A DNA stretch of 64,000 bases from Eledone cirrhosa (GCA_964016885.1 OZ024741.1:290532001-290596000); one strand, 5' to 3'; counted from the first letter of the stretch, positions 42,201-59,416 are shown. The notes: generated by a model not told the origin, from the sequence alone. Translations and numbers: made by a program.

Positions 42201-42907
42201 GTCATTATCATCATCAGCGTCATAGTCTCTCTCACACAAACCAGAAGGCGGTTAAATTACATAATATTTTCTATCGAAACACGTGAAGAAATGTGAGAGT
42301 ATATTTCCGTCTTTCTAGAAAAGAGAAATAAAACAGATTCAAGTTGGCAAGTTGTTGTTTTTACAGTATTTTCCCTCTAGATTTTATACAATATATATAT
42401 ATATATATATATATACACGCACGCAGATAGATATGTGTGCATGTGCAGATATATATATATGTATATATATATATATTACGCAGTAATACAGAAGACCCGC
42501 CTTGCCTAAGTACAAAGCGAAACCTACACTCAGTAAGCACCTCTTAACCAAAATACACCCCGTCCCATTACCCTCCCCCCGCCATCTACAACACCCCTTT
42601 CGATGTAAAGCTATGTTGGTACCACAACATCCAGTCCTAAATAAATGAGGTCGTGTAGGTGTCACGACAAAAAAACACACAGTCCACGCTGTAATGTGGC
42701 CGCGTAGGTAACACAGTAAAAACTTCCCAGTCCACACTGTAAACGTGGTTGGTGTTAGGAAAGGCATCCAGCTGTAGAAAACCTGCCAGATAGTCCCATA
42801 CGAGCGAGACGACCAATCTTGCCTCAAGTGGGACAATTCCCGTCCAGACCCATGCTAGCGTGGAAGATGGAGTTAAACGATGATAATGATGATATATATA
42901 TATATAT

Positions 42908-42938
<31 letters not shown>

Positions 42939-42957
42939 AATATATATATATATAAAT

Positions 42958-42988
<31 letters not shown>

Positions 42989-42997
42989 AATAAATAT

Positions 42998-43032
<35 letters not shown>

Positions 43033-43071
43033 AATATATATATATATAAATATATATATATATAAATAAAT

Positions 43072-43242
<171 letters not shown>

Positions 43243-43630
43243 TACTTGGGGAGGGTCATATTTGCGTAATATTGCCAGAATTAATAACAGAACACTCTCA
43301 CTGTTTGGTTGGTTTTCGCTTCTCGCTGTCTTTTATATCTGCGATCTAACTTACTCGGTCCTCAATGTTGCCATTGACTGACCGACGGTCAAAAATAATA
43401 CAGATACAATATAGACACAAACACATATATAGTTTACATAATTTACATAAATCTTGAGGACCGAGTAAGTTAGATCGCAGATATAAAAGACAGCGAGAAG
43501 CGAAAACCAACCAAACAGTGAGTGTGTTCTGTTATTAATTCTGCCAATATTACGCAAATATGACCCTCCCCAAGTATAAACAATATCTGTTTCGACACAC
43601 GATTTCATATAAAAAACCTCGCTAAACTAT
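43243..43630. mobile_element. Family D fold-back element
   Basis: 43243-43363 is inverted at 43457-43577; tail to 43630; long TA-rich arrays on both sides. Confidence 0.85.
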
Positions 43631-43632
43631 AT

Positions 43633-43663
<31 letters not shown>

Positions 43664-43709
43664 AATATATATATATATAAATTTATATATTATATATATG
43701 TATATATAG

Positions 43710-43753
<44 letters not shown>

Positions 43754-43775
43754 AATATATATATTATATATATAT

Positions 43776-43862
<87 letters not shown>

Positions 43863-43945
43863 TATATATGGTCTCAGCATGGCCTCAGCCGGATGGCTGA
43901 AACAGGTAAAAGAGTAAAAGAGTATATAAATATATATAAATATAT

Positions 43946-43993
<48 letters not shown>

Positions 43994-44043
43994 ATTTATA
44001 TATATATATATAAATATATAAATATATATATATATATATATTA

Positions 44044-44122
<79 letters not shown>

Positions 44123-44124
<2 letters not shown>

Positions 44125-44620
44125 AAAGTTATATTTAAATTGTTGGGTTACAACTAGTAAATATTTATAACTGATATAAAAGCACTCAACAAGTATTTGG
44201 AGTATATTTACGATATTAAATAAATGGAAACTATATTTATAAAACCATATTTATTTCATTATATATATTTCAGGGATATCATATTAACAATATGTTATGC
44301 CTTCTTCAGACAAAATACAATATAGACAGTTTTATAGATAAATAGATTTGACATACCGTTCAACATCGACTTGTATTTGCCAAATCAACTTTTATAAATA
44401 GATTTGACATACCGTTCAACATCGACTTGTATATGCCAAATCAACTTTTTCAAATACAAGTCGATGTTGAACGGTATGTCAAATCTATTTATCTATAAAA
44501 CTGTCTATATTGTATTTTGTCTGAAGAAGGCATAACATATTGTTAATATGATATCCCTGAAATATATATAATGAAATAAATATGGTTTTATAAATATAGT
44601 TTCCATTTACTTAATATCGT
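44123..44620. mobile_element. Family A-related fold-back with HHR in both arms (plus copy 44513-44578)
   Basis: TATTTTGT-CTGAAGA..GAAATATATATA^ATGAAATA; short internal tandem duplication near the junction. Confidence 0.82.
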
Positions 44621-44664
44621 ATATATATATATATATATATATATAATTATATATATATATATAT

Positions 44665-45170
44665 AAATCAGGAAAGAGGAGTGACACGGTTTGCTATACA
44701 AAGAAGGTTTTTAATCTCATTGCTGACAATTGTTTCTCTGAACGGGTAGGTCTAGCGATCGCTACCCGCTTGTTTTCACGTCATTCGATCACCAATACAT
44801 AGTTATAATCAGTCAATTCAGCGGATCTTGTGAGAATGCTCCGATGAATTGACTGGTTATAACTATGTATTGGTGATCGAATGACGTGAAAACAATGTGG
44901 TAGCGATCTTTAGACCTACCAGTTCAGAGAAATAATTGTCACCAATGAGATTAAAAACCTTTTTTGTATAGCAAACCTTGTCACTCTTCTTTCCTGATTT
45001 ATCATTACTCCAAGTGTTAACAACATAGGAATTACCGCGTACTCGCAGCATCACTATGGAAACGCCTTGTTGAGTCAAACTTAGCCAAGCGTTGATATCA
45101 TCCACTACTCGGAGTACCCTAACTGGACTACACCTAAGTGGACTACCGACAACAATAATCTGTTACCCCG
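44665..45170. mobile_element. Family F-related fold-back element
   Basis: 44666-44820 is inverted at 44845-45000; tail homologous to 24352-24510. Confidence 0.8.
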
Positions 45171-45395
45171 TATATATATAGAATATTAGTCTACGACTTC
45201 TTTTATACCATAAACGTGGTTTTGTCTTTGCGTGTAATTGTTTTTCACCGCTCCAAATAATGACGTATTATACTCGTTTTTTCCCGTTCTTTACCAGGGA
45301 ACGTTTCCACGAACCAAAGTATCGTCTTCCTATCTTCCTCCGGTTGCAAACGTTTTTTAAAATATTCACTTCTGCGTTCACAGATTGACTTTATT

Positions 45396-45551
45396 AGTTT
45401 CAGAAGATCCCGTTAAGGGTGAAAGCAGCGATTCTTTGCTTAAACTTTAATCTGTTATTTTAATAAATATTTGCTCTACGGTTCTTATATATTTGATATA
45501 TATTTATCCTTATCGAGCCCGCTTTGGATTTTAGTCTTCAAATTTTATTAT

Positions 45552-45557
<6 letters not shown>
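45396..45557 (+). mobile_element. Family B terminus with degenerate HHR (45396-45446)
   Basis: AGTTT-C(A)GAAGA-T-CCC(GTTAA)GGG-T-GAAAGCA..TGCTT^AAACT. Confidence 0.7.
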
Positions 45558-45642
<85 letters not shown>

Positions 45643-45765
45643 ATATCAAGTTTAATATAGAAATGGATTCTACAGACCTAGAACTGTTTTATTCAAAAGA
45701 AATCATCAGGAAACCATACTGTCATTGTCAAGCGGACTATACATATAAATATATATATATATATG

Positions 45766-45869
<104 letters not shown>

Positions 45870-46290
45870 TCTGAGTGTTTCGAATATTAATAATAATATT
45901 CGATTCGTTTGCAATTATGCAAACAACCCTCATTTTTAAGCCATGTCAGTAGAATGAGCCCCTCATTCTTGCTCTTGTGTTGGCATGTAAATAGAACTGC
46001 AGACACTAATAATTGTACTGGTACATTGTGTTATATTGTTAATGAAATAAAGGAAGGGACTTTGCTAACAAATCCTATCTCTATGCTGACTAAGGACATT
46101 TTGATGTAATTTCAAGCATTTTCCCCTGTACATCATCAATATATTTCCTTACACCAATCGTTTAAATAACCTATAAGTCAAAACTTCATTTACAACTCAA
46201 GAAACTTGAGTTTCTAAAAACATTAACACACTGAACGTTTTATAAGTATACGTACTTGCTCACCCTCTTGTCAAAGACTCAAACATTTAC

Positions 46291-46379
<89 letters not shown>

Positions 46380-46381
<2 letters not shown>

Positions 46382-46591
46382 ACGAAGGAAATGTGGTAAG
46401 GAACCAGGTGGACCATAACGCACCAAAGTACTCAATACTTAGGGTAGTAGAGTGGGTAATAGGAACAAGTAAGACCCCGACGGCTGAGCTCAAGCCGTTT
46501 CGACGGCTAATTCTGGACTGAATGAAAATTTTCATTCAGTCCAGAATTAGCCGTCGAAACGGCTTGAGCTCAGCCGTCGGGGTCTTACTTG

Positions 46592-46594
<3 letters not shown>
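46380..46594. mobile_element. Family J fold-back element
   Basis: Palindrome centred on GAAAATTTTC at ~46528. Confidence 0.85.
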
Positions 46595-46660
<66 letters not shown>

Positions 46661-46677
46661 GTATATATATATATATG

Positions 46678-46712
<35 letters not shown>

Positions 46713-46909
46713 ATATATATATATATATATATATGGGTATATATTTAACTATTCATTGGTATTTAGGGTTAAATACACACACAAACACACACACATATAT
46801 ATACATTACACACACACACACATATATATATATATATTTATGTATATATATATATGTATATATATATGTATATATATATGTATACATATGTGTATATATA
46901 TGTATATAT

Positions 46910-47285
46910 ATTAATATTTGATGAACATTTACATGTTATAGTTGCAATTGACTAATAAGATCGCTAGAGTGAAAAATCTTAATTCAACAACATAAGGTCT
47001 GCCTGTACGATCTAGAAAATAATAAATCAATACTCACAGACTCATATGGGCAAAAAGCCTTTTTGCCCATATGAGTCTGTGAGTATTGATGTATTATTTT
47101 CTAGATCGTACAGGCAGACCTTATGTTGTTGAATTAAGATTTTTCACTCTAGCGATCTTATTAGTCAATTGCAACTATAACTTGTAAATGTTCATCAAAT
47201 ATTAATTTATACTGCTCAGAAGCGATTCCTAGAGCTGAAATGATTGTAAATGACCTCTCTGAGTCTAAACTCTAAGCTATTTATT
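46910..47285. mobile_element. Family H-related fold-back element (~148-bp arms plus tail)
   Basis: Centre at 47058; flanked by TA-rich arrays. Confidence 0.8.
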
Positions 47286-47354
47286 TATATGTATATATAT
47301 GTGTATATATATCTATATATATGTGTATATATATATATATACATATACATATAC

Positions 47355-47385
<31 letters not shown>

Positions 47386-47441
47386 CATATATATACATAT
47401 ACATAAATATGTATATATATATATACATATACATATATATG

Positions 47442-47490
<49 letters not shown>

Positions 47491-47529
47491 GTATGTATAT
47501 ATATATATACATATATATATGCATATATG

Positions 47530-47571
<42 letters not shown>

Positions 47572-47639
47572 TACATATATATATATATATGTATATACAT
47601 ATATATATGCATGTATGTATATATATATATATGCATATA

Positions 47640-47673
<34 letters not shown>

Positions 47674-47700
47674 CATATATATATACATATATATATATAC

Positions 47701-47833
<133 letters not shown>

Positions 47834-50309
47834 CGTGTGTGAGTGAGTGTGTGTGTGTGTGTGTGTGTATTTAACCCTAAATACCAATGAATAGTTAAAT
47901 ATATACTTACCCATACACGCACACATATATACATTTCTAAGTTAAATATTACCAGTTTTATTCTTTTTTTACTTATATTGAAACTAAAACAATAAAAATG
48001 GAAACAGAAAGTAAGAAGCAAATAAAGAATTACGAATATAAACCTAACAATAATAACAACAATAATAATAATAACAACACCAACAACACTAACACACGAT
48101 TGCGTTAAATGTCTGTTTTGTTAAACTGAAATATATAAATAAACTTTGTGCTTTATTTTACCAAAATAACTCCACCCTTAATGCAGACTTTCCATAAATC
48201 TTTGTTGTTATTGTTATTATTATTGTTGTTGTTATTTTTGTTGTTATTGTTGGTGTTGTTGTTGTTATCTTCTACCAAGCAGGCTTTTAAAATTGGGCCG
48301 TATTCCAATTCGTCTAACAGAAAAATTAAAAAATTAGGAACATATGCATACAAACATTTTATATGATTTTACTATAATTAAACATTCAAAATATGTATGT
48401 ATATATATATATATATATATATTCATTTTATACTTCTATTTTTATATGTTGATTTGAATATATTTCTTTTTTTTTATTGACGAAAGCAGCAGTCTGGTTA
48501 ACAAGAGCCGAAGTAGGATTGAGGACACGGCATTTCCTCTCCGATTAAGACCTCATCAACATCTCCATGAAAGTGAGTTTGGAGATGGAAGTTCTGCACT
48601 CCAGTAAATTTGCTAGAATGTGTGTGTATGTGTGTGTGCGTATGTGTCTGCGTGTCTGTGTGTCTCTGTGTGTGTCTGTGTCTCTGGGTGTAGGGAGTAT
48701 GGCCTGGTAGATTCGACTTGCTCTGACTGGAAGTCCAACATGAGAGCGGACACTTACCTTTGTTAATTAAGGTAATGCTAGGGTCACTAAGCTTATTTGA
48801 TTAAATCTGGACGGTGTTATCGTAGTGAACAGACTATATCATATACTATAGCACCTGTAACCATCCATGGTACTACGATACAAAACAGTTTTTTTGTGGT
48901 GCTTATATTCATCTAAAAAATCTTCCATCGTCATTTTATGTAAGAACATTTAATACTTTATACCCCAAACCCTAACTTAATAATGAGGAACTTAGTTATA
49001 CTACTAAATCCAGCAAAATTCTTCACTATTTGCAAAATTATTTGTAAATAATTGGCAATGTATTTCATAAGAATTTAGGTAATTAAAGGGATAATTAGCA
49101 AGCTCTTCTTGTTCATTCTCTATATAATGCTGAAATGTTTCCCCGTTCGCCTGTGAGGCAAACAAAAAAGAAAAAAAATGTCATTGTTGCTGTTATTGAT
49201 GTTGTCGTCATTGTTGTTGTTGTCATTGTTCTTGTTATTTTTCTTGCTATGAATATTCACGATTCTTACAGTTCTCCTTCCTGGTTTACTTTAGAGAAAA
49301 CGTGTTTGGGTTATTTTCAGTTGAACAATTGAATTTGTACCCCAATAATAAAGGGGTAGAAAACCAAGTTGTTAGAATGTCGGACAGAGTGCTTTTTGGT
49401 ATTCGTTCCAGTTCTCTGTTTTCTGAGGTCAACTTTGCCTTTCATCCTTTCGAGGTCAATAAAAAAATACCAGTCTAGTACTGGTTCACTATCTCGCTTT
49501 CTCTCTCTCACTTTCCATATTTCTTTGGAAGAAATCTGATGTACTCAGGCCTGGAAAGGGATGGGCTCCGCCAGGCTTAAAATGTCTAAGGAGCGCGGTA
49601 TGTCAAAGCGACGCCCGTACGGCCCCACCAGGAGTTACGGGACCATACCATACCCGAAAAGAAAGGTGTGGCCTTAATTTTGTTTTCTTATTGTATACAC
49701 ATTTCTTTGCAAACATCCATTTTAGTTTGATGATTCGCGGTCCAATATAAGACATTCTCAGGGTGGTATTTGCTCTAGTTATATATGTTCTGGGATTAAA
49801 TCCCACTGAGCTCAACTTTGACTTTTGTCCTTAAGGGCTCGTTAAAATAAAGTACCATGAAGTACTGAGGACCATTTAATCAAATCCGAAATTGCCGAAC
49901 TTGTGCCTAAATTAGAAGATGATATAACAACTTCATGCTAGCAGGAGACGGTAATAAATATAATGGTGGCAGCAATAAATACATCATAGACATCGTTGAT
50001 AATAGGGTAATGGATATAAAGATATTGAAAGAAATAGTTACACATTAAAATAAAAAAAAACAGACAGTCACTATTTGACAAAAGAACAATAGATGTAACA
50101 CAGAGAAGATTAACTCATCTTTTGCTTGTATCATAGGCGTGTGCTGAATAAGGAGCAACCTGGGGCTAAACATAACAAGAACGACAACAACGAGGACAAA
50201 AGAAAACCACAACAATGACGGCACAACAGCAGGAGCGAATATAGGAACCTAATAACAACCACCACCAATCAAACGATACTGTGCTCCCTATATGGACTAT
50301 AAAACTAAC

Positions 50310-50885
50310 ACTGTCACCATCACCAACATTGTCACCATCACCAACACCATCACCAGCAATATTCCCATCGTCACCACCAACATTATAACCAACACCATTT
50401 CCATCACCATCACCATCAATATCATTAACACAGTCACCAACAACGCCACCATCATCATTGCCATCAACATTGTTTTCACTATCACCATCACAATCACAAT
50501 TACCACTACCATTACCATAACCACTACCATTACCATTACCACCACCAACATCATTAATATCAACATCATCAATACCATCACCACCACCAACAATATTACT
50601 ATCACAATTACCATCACCAATACTATCAACATCAATATCATCATCACCAACAACCTCACTACACCATTACCTTCACCAACCCAATCACCATCACCATCAC
50701 CAACACCATCAACAACACAATCACCATCACCATCACTATCACTAACACCATCACCATCACTATCACTAACACCATCAACAACACTATCACCAATGCCAAC
50801 ACAATCACCATCACCATCACCATCACTAACACCATTAACAAAACTATCACTAACACCATTACTAACGCCATCACCATCACCACTA
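50310..50885. repeat. Compound (ACC/ATC/AAC)n low-complexity tract
   Basis: Imperfect trinucleotide periodicity. Confidence 0.85.
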
Positions 50886-52359
50886 GAAGGTCTAACATTA
50901 CTAAATTACAGCCGACAACTGTCCAAAAACTGCCCCTAAAATTTTCAACATTATTCTTTTTTTGTCAGGTCTGCCATAAATACGAAACAGAAATTACGTT
51001 TTTATACCTGACATCAGTCGCCTCACCCCACAACAGGGTCTGTCTCAATCTAGCAGACCTCTTTAATTCATTTATCCCACCTCTTATTCCACCTCTCACT
51101 TCAAACTTCAACCACAAACCCACCCCCTATTGTGCACTGTTCATGCTACTACTATGCTTTCTCTCAAGATATTCCCACCCCACTGACGTTAACTACCAGT
51201 CTTTCACCTCAGTTCTCTACACTTTAATTTTCTCTCCCGCTTTTTCTCCACACATAAGCCCTCCTCTTTACGATGAGCTATTATTCTTCCACTACTCTCT
51301 TTGTAGTAACGTTTTCACCTTACATTTCTTTTCTTTTCTCTATTTGTCAAGACCAAAGGTAGTGCCCTTTCCAAGGCCTTCGAAACTAGTAGGTGAGAAA
51401 GAGAGTGGAAGGTATCCTTAAAACGAAGCGCTGGCTCAAATATTTAGTCAACAGGAAAGATAATGTCCTTTTCAGGGCCTTCGACTCTAGTAGTTAGAAG
51501 TGAGAAAGCAAAAAGTGCTCAAATCGGGACCTGGATCGAATACTTGTAACAGAGTAGAATCTATTAAAGGCAACCATGGTTCAGGTGGTGGTGTTAAAAA
51601 ACAGACTAATTTTTCCACCTATGTAGGCCAAGGCGAGCTTTGAACACCGTATGCAAAGAACCGACACAAATACCCCAAAATGATTCCATTAGGTCACCAT
51701 ACTTAACTTGTACTTTACTTTAATGTGAAAATTTCTTCCTTTTTGTATGTTTGTAGTTAGCTTTTTGAGACATAGTGTATTTATACAATATTAACGTTAG
51801 TGTTTACTTTTTGATTTTGTTTTGTGTTTAGTGGGGTTTGTTGCTGCTATTGTTATTGCTGTTGTTCCTGTGTAGATGTTATTGCTTTTTTACATCAATT
51901 AACTGCCAAATAGGATATTAAATCTAACATCAAACTAAACCTTTCGCATCTCATACATAAATATTCTGTTGAGATAATTGATCAAATTTTACTGAAAATA
52001 TAAACTAAATACGTTACATAATTTCCACAACACAGCTTTTAGACAAAAGGATGTTACGTCATTTTTCTTCCTATCTCTTGTTTAATTGACTGTAACTAAA
52101 TATTTTTCACACATAATGACGTAAAACATTCATCCGCCATTTCCCTTTTGATTAGATTCCATCAGAATATCACTTCCCCATTTAGTTCGCTGCGAAAGAC
52201 CATTCACATTTACAACGAAGGTGCCTTTCTTTTCCTCAAGTCATGTGTAACAATCCCTTCATGGTTGGCACTTAACTGTTTTGTGTATAATCTGCTTCTA
52301 GAGCATTCACCTGTAATCGATAGATATGGACACAGAATATACCTATAAAATATTCTAAA

Positions 52360-52397
<38 letters not shown>

Positions 52398-53073
52398 TAA
52401 ACATACATACACACGTATATATGTACATATATGTATGTACAAATGTAAATATGTGCTTGTGTATGTGTGTATGCTGTATTTGATTTTGACATTCATAAAA
52501 CCTTATATAATTATTATCATGTTCCCTCTAGCTTCACACATTCATTCGGTCAACTTAGAAAATATATTTCGATCAAATTGAAGTTTATTACTCTTAATTG
52601 GTATAGTTACATGGAGTTACTGGTATGTTAATGGCGGACTAATTTATTTCTCTGAGATATAATATTCTATGCAAAGTATGGTGAATACGATCTTTCCTGT
52701 TCGTAGTTCGCTATATTCACTTATGTTAAACTGTCCTTAATTTTCTGTATTCTTATTTAATCCTATATTTATTGTGTTATTTTTGTTAGTATTCCTTTAT
52801 GAATAATCATATGTACACGTGTATAACTAACTACACGCGTATTTTTCTCCCGAAAATTTAATGTTTCGTTTTCTTTCTTTTCTTACTTTCGTCTGTCTTT
52901 CTCTTTCTTCTTCGGTCTTTCATTCATCTTCCGATGAAGGACGAACCACCAAAATTTCAAGAGTCTTTTTCTACTTTATCAATCGTTAAACTAATGTTTT
53001 TATCACCATTGTATTATATTGTCTGATGTGTTTTTGCTTTGTTAAGTTTTCTTATACATACTCCCCCACAAAC

Positions 53074-53113
<40 letters not shown>

Positions 53114-53231
53114 GTATAGGGTTAAACGAACAGAAATGTGCGGACCACACTGTGGTCTGTCGATTGCGAAGCAGATAAAAAATAAGAGGTCAACGACCTG
53201 TTTAAACGGTGCAAGTCGGAGCATTACATAC

Positions 53232-53498
53232 TAATAGAAGATGGGAGGCCATATTCAGTTTCTTCGACGGCCGGCCCTGTATGATACAACACCACGCGTT
53301 TGGCCGGTCCCCTGCATCATGAAAATAACTTTTGCGGGGAAATTATTGTTTTTTTCTCCAAATTTGAAGGTTTCTTTGGAACTTTCAATGTTTATCTTAA
53401 GTTTTGAAGATTGAAGAACTCAGGCCGATAGTCAAATGTGCCTGACGGAGTTTTAAATAAACCTGAATCAACTGCTTATGGCCTCCGATCTTTTATTA
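53232..53498. mobile_element. MITE with ~22-bp terminal inverted repeats
   Basis: TAATAGAAGATGGGAGGCCATA ... TATGGCCTCCGATCTTTTATTA. Confidence 0.6.
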
Positions 53499-53569
53499 AT
53501 ATATATATAAGGGCGGTGGATTAGTAGTATCGGTAGAGGGTCTGACGCCATATAGTTATATATATGTAG

Positions 53570-53990
53570 AGGTTATATTTAATTTGTTGGGATACAACAA
53601 GCAAAACATTTTTATAACTGATATAAAGCACTCAACAAATTATTGGAGTAAATATACAATATATTAACAAATGGAAACTATATTTATAAAACCATATTTA
53701 TTTCATTATACATATTTCAAGGGCCACCAAGGCAAACTATGGTGCGCTTTCATCAGATAAACTATAATATAGGTTAGTTTTATAAATAAATATTGACATA
53801 CCCTATCCAGGAGATCCCAACCAGAATGGTTGCATTTTTTCAGGGTATGTCAATATTTATTTATAAAACTAACCTATATTATATTTTATCTGATGAAAGC
53901 GCACCATAGTTTGCCTTGGTGGCCCTTGAAATATGTATAATGAAATAAATATGGTTTTATAAATATAGTTTCCATTTGTTAATATATTGT
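53570..53990. mobile_element. Family A-related fold-back with HHR in both arms (plus copy 53882-53947)
   Basis: TATTTTAT-CTGATGA-AAGCGCACCA..TGGTGGCCCTT-GAAATATGTATA^ATGAAATA; arms ~53653-53803 and 53843-53990. Confidence 0.85.
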
Positions 53991-54073
53991 ACATATATAT
54001 ATATATATATTTATATATTTATATATATATATATATAAGTATATATATATGTATATATTTATATATATATATA

Positions 54074-54393
54074 CAGTTGATCCCTGTATTCGCGTGAGTT
54101 TCGCTCCTGGAGCACCTGCGAAGAGTGAAAACCGCGAATATTGGGCGTGGTCCATAACAATGCCTATAAACATTAAAATATACGTAAAATAAAAAAAAAA
54201 GAGGGAGCGTCTTATGCGAAGGGGCGTCCAATAGGCCGGCAAAAACGGTATATTATTATTAATAAAAAAGTCATAAAAAATCGCAGAAGATATTTACGAT
54301 TCCGCGAATATACAGTGGATTCCACGAACAATTATTAGGAAGGTTCTAACGAAAATTCCGCGAATAACCGGAATCGCGAATGCTGTGGAACAC

Positions 54394-54395
<2 letters not shown>
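54074..54395. mobile_element. Tc1/mariner (pogo-like) MITE
   Basis: TA|CAGT...ACTG ends, imperfect TIR ending ATTCGCG/CGCGAAT, internal CGCGAA(T) repeats. Confidence 0.65.
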
Positions 54396-54458
<63 letters not shown>

Positions 54459-54567
54459 GGCACCGGTAATTACCTCCCTTAGCAAATTATACTCCTTTCC
54501 ACGTATTTATACCCATAACATTTAAAATCACTATGCATGGCAATGTGATATTATTATTATACTCACT

Positions 54568-54745
54568 CGGCGGTGAATTGGCAGTATCGGTAGAGGGTTG
54601 GACGCCATGCTTTCTAACATAGTTACGTCCCTTTACGGTTTGAGTTCAAATCCCGCCGAGGTTAACTTTGCCTTTCATCCTTACGGGGTCGATAAAATAA
54701 AGTACCAGTAATGTACTGGGTGGCCTTGTGCCTAAAGTAGAAACA
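54568..54745 (+). mobile_element. tRNA-derived SINE
   Basis: A and B boxes plus core, as at 39912. Confidence 0.8.
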
Positions 54746-54894
54746 ATTATTATTATACTCACTCAGGATCTGTAATTAAGGACTTTGCTTATTAATATCT
54801 GCCTCCGATGGTCCTCCCTGGGCGAAACACGTATAGGAGCTATATAAAGATATGTTTTAACGGATTGTAACTCTTTCATTCACTCTTTATTTTG

Positions 54895-54945
<51 letters not shown>

Positions 54946-55439
54946 CAGAAAGAATCTGGTCGCCTTTCTCTGTTAAAAAAGGTTGGGGATGTGATCCTCA
55001 TGATGGAATTGGCCTGTCCTACGTGCAACAGAAGCTGTTCGATGTAACCTCAAACGTCATTAATGCTAAGGTTTTGACGCTTTTTTCGCCCTCAGTGCAG
55101 AAAATACAAATAAATATTTAATAAAAGGTAAAATAATTGCCCCCCCCCCCCAAAAAAAAAAGAAACAAATGGTAAGTAAAGGTCAAAATACATGTATTTA
55201 AAAATGTTAAAATAATTACAATAGACATTGATAATGTAGCCGTAAATAAAGAACACAAAGAAAAACAATAGAAAAAAATATAGAATTAAAAATAAAATTA
55301 CAAATAAAATTAACAAAAAAGTAAAGGAATGGAAATCCGATCGAATCAAGTAAATAATGTTTACATTGATTGCTAATACTGATATCTGTTGGCAATCAGA
55401 AAACTGAATAATTAAAAAATACTTACGAGAAAATAATGG

Positions 55440-55975
55440 CTTCTTATATAGGCACAAGGCCAGCAATTTTGGGAGAGGGGAAGTCGATTAAATCGACCCC
55501 AGTGCGTGTCTAGTACTTTATCTTATCGAACCAGTAAGGATGAAAGGCAAAGTTAACCTCGGCGTGATTTGAATTCAGATCATAAAGGGCTTTAACTCTA
55601 TACTGCAAAGCATGGCGTCCGACCCTCTACCGATACTGCCAATCCACCAACCTGCATACGAGAAAATAATTGTTTCTACTTTTGGCTCAAGGCCAACAAT
55701 TAAATTCTGTATTACTGGTACTTTATTTCATCGACCCCGTAAGGATGAAAGGCAAAGTTAAACTCGGCAAATAATGGTATCTAATTTAGATACAAGACCA
55801 GCTGTTTTATTTAAGTCAGTCATCATTTAGATCGATCCCTGTACTTGAGAGATACTTTCTGTTAACGAACCTTGAAAGATGAAAGGTAAATTTGACCTCA
55901 GTGAGTTTTAATCTCAGAACTTGAAGAGCCGGAACAAAGAGCACAAATCAACTTTTCTACCAATCCACCAACCTT
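55440..55975 (-). mobile_element. Cluster of three SINE copies
   Basis: A(A/G)GATGAAAGG(C/T)AAA core repeated near 55537, 55741 and 55876. Confidence 0.75.
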
Positions 55976-56612
55976 AATAAACCAAAGAATAACAAAAACA
56001 ATAATAGAAACGATAAAATAATGATTAAAATATAAAACACAGTAAAATAATATCCCTCCACCACAAAAAATAAGTTAAAACATTAAAATACATGAAAAAA
56101 ATACTGCCCCCCCCACCCCCCTACCTGTTTTATGTTGTGAGACTGGATAATATATGGTGGTGTGGTAGTGAATCTTGGGTGCTTTTACACCTAGTATTGT
56201 TGGGCCTACTATGGGCGGTAAGTAAACACACCGCACACACAGGCACTTGTAAGGGCTGAAAAGAGGGGAGGGATTGTAACCAAATAAATAAATAAATAAA
56301 GGAGAGTGTGGTAATGAAAGAAAGAAAAATGTAGTTGAAACTCAATAGATGACGCAAGATGATGTATTATTGTAGGGGCGAATGTGAGGGAGAGAGAGAG
56401 AAGAAAAGCGAGAAACTGGGAAAGAGAAGGAGAATAGGACAGTACAAAGAAAATATATATGCTTATACACAAACGCGCGCGCGATCGCGCGCATATATAT
56501 ATATACACACACACACACACATATATATATATAGACACACACACACATATATATATATACATACACACACACACATATATATATATATACATACACACAC
56601 ACACATATATAT

Positions 56613-56649
<37 letters not shown>

Positions 56650-56735
56650 CATATATTTATATATACATACATATATATATATATATATATACTGTGTATA
56701 TATATATATATATATATACTGTGTATATATATATA

Positions 56736-56769
<34 letters not shown>

Positions 56770-56771
<2 letters not shown>

Positions 56772-56826
56772 AACGAGTAGGACCCGACGGCTGAGCTCAA
56801 GCCGTTTCGACGGCTAATTCTGGACT
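56770..56826 (-). mobile_element. Family J fragment (single tailless arm)
   Basis: Matches 34172-34230; (TA)n on both sides. Confidence 0.75.
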
Positions 56827-56839
56827 ATATATGTGTGTA

Positions 56840-56904
<65 letters not shown>

Positions 56905-56906
<2 letters not shown>

Positions 56907-57153
56907 TCATCAAGGCATAGTCTCGAGCTGATACATTTTGGCGAAGACCTGAAGTTGCCAATGCATGCAAGTTTCCCTCCTTCTGCATGCCACCCACATT
57001 GGCCAAGAAATAGGCAAGAGACTATAAAGCTTGGGACCAGTGTCAGTGCAGTCGCAGGTAAACCATGAAGGACTGAAACATACATCGCAAGGAATCATGC
57101 CTCACTCTAGAATGCAAATGACTATATTTCACGAGACTCCAAACCACTGAGCC
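56905..57153 (-). mobile_element. Probable second SINE family
   Basis: Minus strand starts GGCTCAGTGG (A box-like) and ends in (TA)n; single copy in the window. Confidence 0.4.
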
Positions 57154-57779
57154 CGATAAATTGAGTTTTTATAAAGAGCTCATCAGTTTTATTTGCATAT
57201 TTATCAATTATTCTTTAAGATTTTCTATCTTATAGCAAATTTTTCACGTATTTGGTCAGGATGAATACTTCTGAAAATTAATCTAATGTTACACGTGTCT
57301 GTGGAATGAACAGCTACATGTACGATAAATTCCCGAGTAGACCCTTCCGTTTATCGTACAGAGAGAACGCTCGTCCTCGGAACCGATGGTGGTCCAACAT
57401 CAGTGTGTGGGCATACATAAATTCGGGCATATATTTTACGGGCTTAAGCGGTGTGAAAGGTAAAGTCTACCGCGGTGAGAATTTAAACTCAGAACCTAGA
57501 AGAATGTAACACAATAATCGGACACTCTACTATTTGTGCCACGTCCATAATAACAGTAAAATTAACATAAACAGACGTTCTTTCAAGCAATACACCCAAG
57601 TACTTCTAACATAAAAATCACATATCTGCCTATCTGCATATCAAAGAGAGCAATCGCATATATATATAAACACTCGTACAAACACATTTACATTCAAATA
57701 ACCAAACCCCACCAACACCACAACCACACACAAACACACAAACACACAGACACGCACACACATACACCCACACACACAT

Positions 57780-58950
<1,171 letters not shown>

Positions 58951-59355
58951 AGTATGTATGTATGCATTTAAACGCACAGAAACACATTCATACCTATGTA
59001 CAGGTGAGAAAATTACCTAAACTCCAAGGCCTGAGTGGGTGAGACAGTGCACGCCTATAAACTTCCCACTTCCTTCTCAGCTTGCATTCTTTTTTCTTCA
59101 AGGTTTCTTTTCTATCATACCGTCTGTATGTCTGACTACCCCTGCTTCCCTATCCCTCTCTAACCATTTTTATCTTTCTCTCCTTCTTATCTCCTCAATC
59201 TCTCCCCATTTCTCTTTATGTATATGTATATATTTGTCTGCCTGTCTACTTTTTTATTTCTTCATTATTATTTAATTTTGCATTCGTTATTTCGTACTGT
59301 TTTCCCCAGAAAGAGAGGGAGAGAGAACAATATAAAATAACGAATGTAAAATTAG

Positions 59356-59416
<61 letters not shown>

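Noticed and set aside
50292-50939. Thr/Ser/Pro-rich mucin-like ORF
   Set aside because: Low-complexity trinucleotide tract with no signal peptide or splice support.
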